Of a stretch of DNA of 64,000 bases, positions 18,066 to 26,378 are shown one piece after another; the first letter of the stretch is position 1, and every line of letters begins with the position of its first letter. The stretch is taken from positions 46,264 through 110,263 of the forward strand of contig WJKM01000011.1 of assembly GCA_014729085.1 (NCBI GenBank). Reading direction: 5' to 3'. The notes under the pieces were generated by a model. The model was not told the origin of the DNA. It did not search any database and saw only the letters and a list, made by a program, of their open reading frames with translations. Position numbers and translations under genes: made by a program. Source of the stretch: Candidatus Dojkabacteria bacterium (GTDB taxonomy: Bacteria > Patescibacteriota > Dojkabacteria > B142 > WJKM01).

Positions 18066-18518
18066 TAACCTACTCAGACCCTTTAAAACTACTGATTAGA
18101 CTAAACGTCAACGTTCTCGTTATAATTGAGTATTATATTTAATTAAAATCCTCCCAAAATTGGAAACTGGATGGCTATATAATACATGCAGAGACTGCCC
18201 ACATAGCAGGGAAGCTGGACCAAGCAGCGTTCAGTGTACTCTGAATCGTAGCCCCCTCAATTGCGACCTGCTCAAACCAAGAGATCCTCGAAGTCTAATA
18301 TCACTTGGTCCAAGGCAAGAGTTAACAAAAAGATTAGAAGCAGTTGAATCAATTCTTTCTCAACTTTCTGACCAACTTGGTACCAAACACTAATTCTATT
18401 AATTTCCTCCATTACCTTCAGTGACAAGACATTACGTAATAATTATTTTTAAAATTTGTGAATCAATCAAAACCTTGTATAATATATTTGAATTTCAAAT
18501 AGATATTATTTTGCAGAT

Positions 18519-18749
18519 ATGGTTAAAAAAAATAAAAAGTCTAAAAAAAATACCAAAAAAGAAAGAGAAGAGAAAAAAAAGAAAATTTTCTTCAAAGTTC
18601 TGATTGTAATTATAATTAGCTTAATAAGCTTTCCAATTGGATTCATACTCTTTCTTATAATCCGAAAAAATGTAATAGAGTACTTCAAAAAAAGAAAAGA
18701 GAAAAAGGGAGAGAAGCAAGGAGTGAAAAAAGATAATCAGAAAAGCTAA
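18519..18749 (+). CDS. small Lys-rich protein with one TM helix (speculative)
   Basis: 76-aa ORF: KKNKKSKKNTKKEREEKKKK, then 'VLIVIIISLISFPIGFILFLII', then a Lys-rich tail. Low-complexity sequence that may be non-coding. Confidence 0.3.
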   Translation: MVKKNKKSKKNTKKEREEKKKKIFFKVLIVIIISLISFPIGFILFLIIRKNVIEYFKKRKEKKGEKQGVKKDNQKS

Positions 18750-18757
18750 AGAAATTC

Positions 18758-19867
18758 CTACTTACCATATATACCTCTCCAACCTGAGATAACTTGAACT
18801 TCATTATATATATCAAACTCGTCAATTAACTCCCCTTCGACTATTTTGAAATAACCCCTACCCTTTCTTGGATCACTTACATTAAGTTCAAAAAACAAAA
18901 CTCCATTACCAACCTCTTCACCTTCTACTGTATCTTCGTAAGTATACTTGGAAGCCCAAATATCGCACGTTTCACCTAAAAAATCTAAACATCTTTTTTG
19001 TTGTCGAATCCAGGAGCCGCCAATTCCAGATATAAAAGAAAAGGTTGATCCATTAAACAAGCGGATATCGGATTGTTCATCCATATCCATATCTGAGTAC
19101 CAACTGTCTACTTCAGTTCCGGAAAAATTCACTAGTGACTTTGTCCTATGGTAAGAATGTTCATGAGCATTTGCAACAATAGCCCCAGACTCTCTACACA
19201 TTTCGTATAAATTCCACTCCATTTCATTTCCCTTACCTCCTAATTGAAGCACATGCTGCGTTTGATGCCATCCACAGAAAGTCCACAAATTGCTATTGTA
19301 CTCCAATTCGTACTCAAAAAAGGGCTCATAAACACTTTGAGAATAAGTCCGATCTTCGTCATCATTGGAATTTTTTCCTACTCCGTCTAAACCAGCAAAA
19401 ATAAATTTTACACCTTTATACTCAACCGAATATGTAGTCCCATTTGGGTCATTTTGTGATTTATTAATATATAAATCCTCATATCTTAAGTAGCGAGAAA
19501 AAAATATTTCTTTGTAACAACCTGTCTCAGTTTGACAATTCTCATCCCAAAACACATCATGATTCCCCTTTGCAACAAAAACTGGAAAGTTCTCTCCCAG
19601 TTCCTCAGAAATAATTTGCTCATATAGTTTAGGATTTGCAGGAACATTATAATCAAAATCTCCTGAAATAATTAATATGTCGGTATTCTCATCTTGAACA
19701 AGTCTCAGAATATTTCTAAATCTTTGTGTAATTGTTGTATCGCCTATAAAGGCAATCTTCAAGTCTTTAGGGGGATATGTTACAGCTCGGACTACTTTTA
19801 CTGGACTTAACAATACAAGACAGCAAATAAATGAAAAAAGTATGATTCTGCATAAAATTTTTAACAT
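18758..19867 (-). CDS. secreted calcineurin-like metallophosphoesterase
   Basis: 369-aa ORF with a signal peptide. 'IAFIGDT' (DxH/GD-type motif) and 'VAKGNHDVFW' (GNHD/E) metallophosphatase signatures. Confidence 0.7.
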   Translation of the reverse strand: MLKILCRIILFSFICCLVLLSPVKVVRAVTYPPKDLKIAFIGDTTITQRFRNILRLVQDENTDILIISGDFDYNVPANPKLYEQIISEELGENFPVFVAKGNHDVFWDENCQTETGCYKEIFFSRYLRYEDLYINKSQNDPNGTTYSVEYKGVKFIFAGLDGVGKNSNDDEDRTYSQSVYEPFFEYELEYNSNLWTFCGWHQTQHVLQLGGKGNEMEWNLYEMCRESGAIVANAHEHSYHRTKSLVNFSGTEVDSWYSDMDMDEQSDIRLFNGSTFSFISGIGGSWIRQQKRCLDFLGETCDIWASKYTYEDTVEGEEVGNGVLFFELNVSDPRKGRGYFKIVEGELIDEFDIYNEVQVISGWRGIYGK

Positions 19868-19896
19868 ATCTTTATTTTCATCAAAATTAGTTTTGA

Positions 19897-21063
19897 TTAG
19901 GCAATAATATACAGCTCTTTTTCAGCTCTAGTGACTGCTGTATAAAGCCATCTTTTCCACATCTCATCATCCATTTGTTTAAAACGCTCTTCGAAAAGTA
20001 TTACTCTTTTTGCCTGACTTCCCTGTGCTTTGTGAACTGTCAGAGCATATCCGAAATCAAAAAGATCTCCCTTATTAACTTTGGACCTTTTTTTTGTGAA
20101 ATTAATTTGTTCTTTATTATTGAATTGTTTTACAGAGATCAATCCTTTATATAACTTTTCTTCTCCATCCATTTCAATTTCTGCAAAATACCAGTCTTGA
20201 TCTACATTCTCCATACTGACAATAGTACCAAGCATCCCATTGTATATCTCCTTAGTAGGATTATTTCGAAGGCAGATCACCCTATCTCTAATTTCAGGTG
20301 TTGGACTCTGAAATTCCAAAGCTTGACGCACAAATTTATTTAGCTTGATCCGCGTATTATTATAACCTGAAAGTATCAACGTATCTTCGTTATAAGCTGC
20401 AAGTAATTCCTCTATTTCCTCCCTTGCAATTGAGCTATGTCTTTTAATCTTTTTTACTGTGGGGCTAAATTCATTAAAGGGAATTTCCCCTTTCTCTCGT
20501 GCTAATATCGAAAGCTTAATGATCGGATTATCCTGAATTTGTCTATGAATTTTTTCAAGTCTGAGCATGGGATCCTCCATCAAATTAAAGTTTCCGCTAA
20601 TTGGAGGAAGCTGGCCATGATCACCTACTGCTAGAATTGGAATCTTATATGAAAGAAGATCATTCCAAATCTTCCTGTCAACCATTGAAGCTTCGTCTAT
20701 AATTATTAAGTCTGCTTCCACATCATCCTTCTTGTCCCAGCCTACAATCTCTTCTCTGGAATTCAAAACGGGAGAATATATTAGAGAATGTATCGTACCA
20801 ATAAAATCTCCTTTATAATTCGCTTCTGCTTTCTTGATTTTGTATTTCAGTACTCTTGCAGCTTTACCGGTAAAACTTACAAATGCTACCTTTACTTTCT
20901 TCTTTTTTTTATATAGAATCTTTCGGAATACAGAAATTAAAGTTGTTTTACCAGTTCCAGCATATCCACCCAGAGTAATGTAAGCCTTCTTCGGTTTTTC
21001 AGAATCCACCCACTTAAGTAGTTTTTTAAGAATCGGTTTTTTATCCGCTGATAATTTGATCAC
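19897..21063 (-). CDS. SF1B DNA helicase, Dda/RecD/Pif1-like (compact, 388 aa)
   Basis: Walker A 'GGYAGTGKTTLI', Walker B 'IIIDEASMV', motif III-like 'AVGDHGQLPPI', motif VI-like 'YALTVHKAQGSQAKRVILF' and a terminal 'YTAVTRAEKELYII'. Confidence 0.75.
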   Translation of the reverse strand: MIKLSADKKPILKKLLKWVDSEKPKKAYITLGGYAGTGKTTLISVFRKILYKKKKKVKVAFVSFTGKAARVLKYKIKKAEANYKGDFIGTIHSLIYSPVLNSREEIVGWDKKDDVEADLIIIDEASMVDRKIWNDLLSYKIPILAVGDHGQLPPISGNFNLMEDPMLRLEKIHRQIQDNPIIKLSILAREKGEIPFNEFSPTVKKIKRHSSIAREEIEELLAAYNEDTLILSGYNNTRIKLNKFVRQALEFQSPTPEIRDRVICLRNNPTKEIYNGMLGTIVSMENVDQDWYFAEIEMDGEEKLYKGLISVKQFNNKEQINFTKKRSKVNKGDLFDFGYALTVHKAQGSQAKRVILFEERFKQMDDEMWKRWLYTAVTRAEKELYIIA

Positions 21064-21211
21064 AAAAGTTTACTATAAATAAATAATAACACGAGTTATA
21101 ATAACATGAAGAATATATTTTTGGGGTAATAACAAAGACTAACCAAACACAAACTTTAACTTAACAACATTTAATTCTGACAAACTTCTCTCCCGGATTT
21201 ACCTGTATCTG

Positions 21212-21585
21212 TTATTCGCAATCTTTTAAAAGTATAGGAAGATATAAACTTAGGGGTTCTTGATATGCAACATATATTCCAAGACTTTCATTTGCAAACA
21301 AAATATCAAAAAAAGCAAACCCATAGGGATTTAAATCCTCTATAATAGCCTCAGAAGTAAAATCTTCTGCTCGCCCCAAAAAATCTCAACACCACCAGGT
21401 TGATTCAATGTATCATATGAACTTAGTACAACATAATCCAGAAAGCCATCATTATTGAAATCCCCGACTCCTCCCGTCCAATTATCAACCCAAGTTGTAC
21501 TTCGGAAATCCTCCTCCTGTCCAACATATCCTTCAAGAAATTCACTCCATCTATAAATATCCGTCGTACTCTCATCGTTAAAACC
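21212..21585 (-). pseudogene. remnant of an FG-GAP/integrin-alpha-like repeat protein gene (C-terminal fragment, no start codon, one frameshift)
   Basis: Minus-strand translation gives 'GFNDESTTDIYRWSEFLEGYVGQEEDFRSTTWVDNWTGGVGDFNNDGFLDYVVLSSYDTLNQPGGVEIFW'. At the run 'ttttttgggg' it shifts by +1 into 'GRAEDFTSEAIIEDLNPYGFAFFDILFANESLGIYVAYQEPLSLYLPILLKDCE*'. Stops precede the fragment. No ORF of 60 aa or more is reported here. Confidence 0.5.
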
Positions 21586-21696
21586 TCATTAAAAATAAGG
21601 ACTGGAGGATGAACTTTAACCGTATGAATATTTCATTAGAATGTCACCAATTATCTACCTAAGATTTATAAAGAAAGAAATATTTCTGAATTGATT

Positions 21697-22917
21697 TCAA
21701 CCTTTAATGACGGCTAAAGGTTCTAATTCAACTAGAATTTCAACGAGATCTTTTTGTTGCTTCATAACCATACTTATGTTTTTATATGCACCGGGTGCTT
21801 CATCCAAATCCCGACTACCCCTAATACTATGCAACACGCCTTTCTCCTCAAGTTTCTTCACTTCCCGACTTAAATTTAATTTCCTTCTTGCCTCTCTTCT
21901 TCCCATCTTTCTTCCAGAACCATGAGAACAAGACCTAAAACTTTCTGGATTCCCTTTGCCTTTTACAATATAACTATTAGCTCCTTGAGATCCCGGTATA
22001 ATCCCAAGCTGATCCATTTTTGCTTGAGTTGCCCCTTTTCTATGAACCCACACACTCTTTCCAAAATGATTTTCGTTAGCTGCATAGTTGTGGGCTATAT
22101 TGATAAGTTCATCAAAATCACAACCTCCAGTTTCCTCAGAAAATATTTCTTTTATTCTTTCCATCATGAGTTTCCGATTGCCAAGAGCAAAATTCACGCA
22201 AAACTTCATTTCGTCATAATACTTCATACCTTCTTTGGAGTCGACTGGAAGATAGTCTAGTTGCCACTTAATAGGTACTTTACTTTTGTACTTACCTCTA
22301 TTTCTTTTAGCAACTTTATTATAGTGTTCAGCCACCTGAAGACCTATATTTCTGCTACCAGAGTGCACCATCAGCCAAATATAGCCATCATCTCCTTTTT
22401 GTATTTCAATAAAATGATTACCGCCTCCCAAAGTACCGATTTGTTTCAAAGCTTTTTGATACTCCCTTTTAACGATTTCTGTCCCTTCAGGTCCTCTCGG
22501 CATCCGGTGTTCAGCCTGTTTTTGCTTGTGATGTTTAAAACCAAGTGGAACTCTTGCCCTAATACCGCTCATTATCTTTTTCAGTGTATTATTATCTATC
22601 TGTTTTTTAGAGGTTTTTACAGCACACATTCCACATCCTATATCAACTCCTACTGCATTTGGGATGATCACGTCTTCAGTTGCCATTACCCCGCCGATAG
22701 GCATTCCATAACCTACATGAGCATCAGACATAATAGCAATATGATGAAAAGCAAATGGATGATTAGCTAGATTTTTAGTCTGCTGCAACGCACCTTCTTC
22801 AATCTCTGTAAGCCACATTTTAATTGGAATCTGCTCAGTATTGATTATTTTCTCCATACAAAATTTTGTTAATCTGAAATATATCTTAATAATATGAATA
22901 AACATAAAAGATGACAA
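21697..22917 (-). CDS. rtcB: RNA-splicing ligase RtcB
   Basis: RtcB-like sequence throughout, for example 'HNYAANENHFGKSVWVHRKGAT', '...CSHGSGR...'. The likely true start is the internal Met 'MEKIINTEQIPIKMWL' at about 22857, because the first 20 residues look like read-through. Confidence 0.85.
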   Translation of the reverse strand: MSSFMFIHIIKIYFRLTKFCMEKIINTEQIPIKMWLTEIEEGALQQTKNLANHPFAFHHIAIMSDAHVGYGMPIGGVMATEDVIIPNAVGVDIGCGMCAVKTSKKQIDNNTLKKIMSGIRARVPLGFKHHKQKQAEHRMPRGPEGTEIVKREYQKALKQIGTLGGGNHFIEIQKGDDGYIWLMVHSGSRNIGLQVAEHYNKVAKRNRGKYKSKVPIKWQLDYLPVDSKEGMKYYDEMKFCVNFALGNRKLMMERIKEIFSEETGGCDFDELINIAHNYAANENHFGKSVWVHRKGATQAKMDQLGIIPGSQGANSYIVKGKGNPESFRSCSHGSGRKMGRREARRKLNLSREVKKLEEKGVLHSIRGSRDLDEAPGAYKNISMVMKQQKDLVEILVELEPLAVIKG

Positions 22918-22983
22918 GTTTACATGTCATGAAAAAAATCATAATATTAAAATAGCAACAATTTAAATTTTTATAACTAGTTC

Positions 22984-23157
22984 ATGAAAGTCGAGATTTT
23001 TTACCAAGAAACTGCTGACAGGCCTACTTTCCAAGACATTATCAATAAGTGGCTTGAAGAACATAAAGATATTAAAGTGAAAGATATTAAAATTGAAATG
23101 GAAAATTCAGGTGAAATTGAAAAATTTTTAGCAATGATTATTTATGAAGAAAAATAA
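22984..23157 (+). CDS. small protein (57 aa), Cse60-like
   Basis: ORF below the 60-aa track threshold: MKVEIFYQETADRPTFQDIINKWLEEHKDIKVKDIKIEMENSGEIEKFLAMIIYEEK. Its pattern (VK-I/V-F...E...IN.WL...IKVKDIK...FLAMIIY) resembles the Cse60 small-protein family. In-frame TAG 6 nt upstream. Confidence 0.4.
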   Translation: MKVEIFYQETADRPTFQDIINKWLEEHKDIKVKDIKIEMENSGEIEKFLAMIIYEEK

Positions 23158-23226
23158 ATCTCATATAGACTTGCTATAATCTATGAATCCTCGAATATAG
23201 ATTAATTTTGTATTCTCGTAATTAGT

Positions 23227-24099
23227 ATGTGGATTTTATTTACATTTGCTGCTGCAATTTCTCGAACATTAACCAATATTTTTGGTAAATTCGGTTTAAA
23301 ATCATCTAATGAATACATTTCTGCTATTTTTCTACATATTTTCAAAGCAATTCTGATTCTGCCTCTAGTTCTAATACTGGGAATACCAGTTTTGACAACC
23401 AATTTTTGGATTAGTAATCTGGCATTCTTATTCCTCACTCCTTTATCTTCGATTTTATTTATGAAAGCACTGAAAGATTCGCCTTTATCTGTGTCTCAGC
23501 CGATGATGGCTTTTAATCCAATTTTTACTGCTCTGCTTAATCATTTCTTTAAAAGGGAACCAATAGACACCAGTGGGTGGCTAGGAATAATTCTAATTAG
23601 CTTGGGATTATATTTAATTAATTTTAAAATCTCAATGCTCAAAAAAAGCATCTTCGAGCCCTTAAAATATCTTCTTAAGGATAAGGGAGCTCAAGCGATG
23701 CTGGGAGTTGCCTTCATTTGGAGTTTAAGTGCCCATTTTGGGAAAATGAGAATTGAAGGCTCTAATTTGGTATTCTCAATCTTTATAAGTGGTTTGATTG
23801 GTGTTTTATCAACAGCGTCTATATTTATTCTTAAAAAAAGAAATAGCTCAAAAATAGAAAGAATAAAAATAAAGAACGTTAAGGGCTTGTCTCTAATTGG
23901 CTTTGCTAACTTTTTGGATTCTGTGAGTTCAAACCTAGCTTTACAATACGGACCGGTTCCTTATGCATCTGCCATAAAAAGATCTGGTATAGTATTAAGT
24001 GTGCTTGCAGGAAAATATATCTTTAAAGAGGATCTAAACTGGTTAAAATTGTTTTCGATTCTTATAATATTTGTAGGTATTGTCTTGATAATTTTATAA
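23227..24099 (+). CDS. DMT-superfamily (EamA-like) transporter
   Basis: 290-aa ORF with about 10 TM helices arranged as two 5-TM halves typical of EamA. Confidence 0.65.
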   Translation: MWILFTFAAAISRTLTNIFGKFGLKSSNEYISAIFLHIFKAILILPLVLILGIPVLTTNFWISNLAFLFLTPLSSILFMKALKDSPLSVSQPMMAFNPIFTALLNHFFKREPIDTSGWLGIILISLGLYLINFKISMLKKSIFEPLKYLLKDKGAQAMLGVAFIWSLSAHFGKMRIEGSNLVFSIFISGLIGVLSTASIFILKKRNSSKIERIKIKNVKGLSLIGFANFLDSVSSNLALQYGPVPYASAIKRSGIVLSVLAGKYIFKEDLNWLKLFSILIIFVGIVLIIL

Positions 24100-24124
24100 T
24101 TGATTTACAAGGCCACAATTACCT

Positions 24125-24370
24125 TTACCATGCACAATTTCCCCTAACTGGACAACCCATACAAGGTAAACCAATTATTTTTTCCACATCCCAAACTCCT
24201 CCATCGGGAATTATGTCTACAAGCAAAGTTCCTCTAGGTAAAAGCCCGCATCCTTTCGGCATATTAAATATTACCTCCCCTTCTTCTGTTTGAATAGTGG
24301 CATATTGATTTCCACTTCCATCAGGCCAAGTACTGACTGAATCGACTTCACCAAACACCCAGTGTTCCAT
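24125..24370 (-). CDS. small Cys-containing hypothetical protein
   Basis: 81-aa ORF with 'PKGCGLLPRG' and C-terminal 'GLPCMGCPVRGNCAW' (4 Cys). Possible metal-binding mini-domain. No family assigned. Confidence 0.4.
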   Translation of the reverse strand: MEHWVFGEVDSVSTWPDGSGNQYATIQTEEGEVIFNMPKGCGLLPRGTLLVDIIPDGGVWDVEKIIGLPCMGCPVRGNCAW

Positions 24371-24435
24371 CTTATATATTTAAAAATTAACTTCTTCTAT
24401 CTAATAAGACGTTAGTTGAAAAACATTGTTACATT

Positions 24436-25524
24436 TCAAAATTCAGATAAACTTGGCAAGCCTTCATTAGTAAGTTGAATTGGAATCAGTCGTGTTTGAT
24501 AATTTCCATTACCTTCGATACTCATTTCAAGCATATTACCCTTGCCCGAACCATCTCCTCTATGCGGCATTTGATCAAAAGCAAAGTTACCTAAAGAATA
24601 ATAAATATACTTCCCTTCATAGACCTCAAATCCTTGTATTACATGGGGATGAGCGCCAACTATTAAGTCGGCCCCTGCATCGATCATTTTCTGGGCTTTT
24701 ATTTGTTGGTCACCTGAAAACTCTCTGCTATATTCTGTTCCCCAGTGAGTAACAACGATTGTAACATCAGCAGTATCCTCGGCTTCTGTAATTGAATCGA
24801 ATAAATAATCCTCCTGATACCATGCAGTTCCAGCAGAATCTTCTCCTGCTTTAGTCACCCACGATTCCGGCTCATTAAAAGCAAGTAATGCAATGGAAAT
24901 TCCATTCCTTTGAATTATCAATGGAGCAAATGCTGCTTTCCGGTCCCTTCCGCCTCCAAAATACCTTATCTCTGAATTATCAAGTCTTTGGATCATATCC
25001 AAAAATGCGTTATTGCCATAGTCCATCGTATGATTATTAGAAAGAGAAACTATGTCTACTCCTGAAAGTTCGAGTGTACTAATCGCCCTAACTGGTGCTT
25101 GAAATGTGAATTTCTTTCCCGCAAAAGGAGCACCTCTATCTGAAACTACACACTCCAGGTTCAAGATAACAAAATCATATTTAATAAATTCATCTTTTAC
25201 ATATTTGAAAGGATTCTCTCCAGTTATAATCATATCTCCTATCGATCTTGCAAGCATGGTATCTCCGGCAAATAATATAGTTACTTCTTGCTGTACTTCT
25301 TCTGTAATTTGAGGATTGTCATAATCTAACTGCTTAGATAACTTACTTGTTATTTGCGGTATATTTTGGGGGGTTATAAAGTCTATATCGTTACTATTAA
25401 CCTCTGTCTTATTCTCAGTCAATTTTATAAAAACAAAAAATACTGAAACAATAATTGCTATGAAGAAAAAAAGAGCAATATTTATTATTGTCCTGATACT
25501 CGTATTCTTACGTTGCTCTTTCAT
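24436..25524 (-). CDS. CapA/PgsA-family metallophosphatase (poly-gamma-glutamate capsule synthesis-like), membrane-anchored
   Basis: 'ILFAGDTMLARSIG', 'LNLECVVSDRG', 'SLSNNHTMDYG', 'VVTHWGTEY', 'GAHPHVIQG' are CapA/MPP motifs. N-terminal TM anchor. Confidence 0.75.
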   Translation of the reverse strand: MKEQRKNTSIRTIINIALFFFIAIIVSVFFVFIKLTENKTEVNSNDIDFITPQNIPQITSKLSKQLDYDNPQITEEVQQEVTILFAGDTMLARSIGDMIITGENPFKYVKDEFIKYDFVILNLECVVSDRGAPFAGKKFTFQAPVRAISTLELSGVDIVSLSNNHTMDYGNNAFLDMIQRLDNSEIRYFGGGRDRKAAFAPLIIQRNGISIALLAFNEPESWVTKAGEDSAGTAWYQEDYLFDSITEAEDTADVTIVVTHWGTEYSREFSGDQQIKAQKMIDAGADLIVGAHPHVIQGFEVYEGKYIYYSLGNFAFDQMPHRGDGSGKGNMLEMSIEGNGNYQTRLIPIQLTNEGLPSLSEF

Positions 25525-25585
25525 GAAAGTAAGTTTAAGATATAATTACATTATAATACTAAGTGATAATTATTAAATTAGCTAC

Positions 25586-26263
25586 ATGAAAATTCTAGTT
25601 GTTGAGGATGAGGATACAATCAGGGAAGTGGTCGCTGCCTACTTAAACCAAGCAGGCTTTACAACTATGGAGGCAGAGGATGGTGAAAAAGCTTTAGAAT
25701 TATTAGATAAGAACAGTTTCGATTTAATTGTTCTTGATCTAAACCTACCAAAGGTTGATGGAATTGAGGTATGTAAAACTGTCAGAAAAACTTCAAAGAT
25801 TCCAATTATAATGCTAACTGCTAGGGTAGAAGAAATTGATGAACTTATTGGCTTAGAATCTGGAGCAGATGACTACGTCAAAAAACCATTTAAGCCATCT
25901 GTTTTAGTAGCCAGAATAAAAGCCCTTCTTAGAAGAACTAAAAGTTCAGAAGAAAAGATTAAGGTTGGAGAACTAATAATTGATCCTGAAAAAATGAAAA
26001 TCAAAAAAAATGAGGATTCTCTTGAATTTACAACTACCCAATTTAATATTCTTTATACTCTTGCAAAAGAACCAGGAAAAGTTTTTACTAGGGACAAACT
26101 TTTAGATAGTGCATATGATTCTTCCCTCCCCCCCGATATCTTAGATAGAACCATTGATGCACATATTAAAGCAATTAGGAAAAAAATCGAGGAAAATACC
26201 CGTAAACCAAAATACATTCTGACTGTAATAGGAAAAGGCTACAAATTTAGTGAGGAAGTTTGA
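25586..26263 (+). CDS. OmpR-family response regulator
   Basis: Receiver 'MKILVVEDEDTIRE...DLIVLDLNLPKVDG...' plus a C-terminal winged-helix 'trans_reg_C' ('TQFNILYTLAKEPGKVFTRDKLLD...ILTVIGKGYKF'). Confidence 0.85.
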   Translation: MKILVVEDEDTIREVVAAYLNQAGFTTMEAEDGEKALELLDKNSFDLIVLDLNLPKVDGIEVCKTVRKTSKIPIIMLTARVEEIDELIGLESGADDYVKKPFKPSVLVARIKALLRRTKSSEEKIKVGELIIDPEKMKIKKNEDSLEFTTTQFNILYTLAKEPGKVFTRDKLLDSAYDSSLPPDILDRTIDAHIKAIRKKIEENTRKPKYILTVIGKGYKFSEEV

Positions 26264-26378
26264 TTAACAACATGACGAATTTTGTCTTTCATTCTTCTAT
26301 ACTTCATTCCAATTTCACACCAACATTGTATAATTGTTACACTAACAAATTTATATATTTCAGACTTTTTAACTGACA

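Noticed and set aside
18160-18393. 77-aa ORF 'METGWLYNTCRDCPHSREAGPSS...' as a protein-coding gene
   Set aside because: Its composition (Pro/Arg/Cys/Ser-rich, GC-rich codons) is unlike every other protein in the window. The region is better explained as a structured RNA or foreign fragment (see finding).
18150-18400. GC-rich island as SRP (4.5S/Ffs) RNA, tmRNA or RNase P RNA
   Set aside because: No helix-8 'UCC-GGAA-GGA' apex or AGCAGC symmetric-loop arrangement on either strand. No tRNA-like 3' domain or tag reading frame (so not tmRNA). Far too short and lacking P4 sequences for RNase P. Left as unclassified.
21707-22770. Three plus-strand ORFs (72, 112, 169 aa) overlapping rtcB
   Set aside because: They are antisense to a full-length, motif-rich RtcB ORF. 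They have hydrophobic low-complexity translations typical of AT-rich shadow frames.
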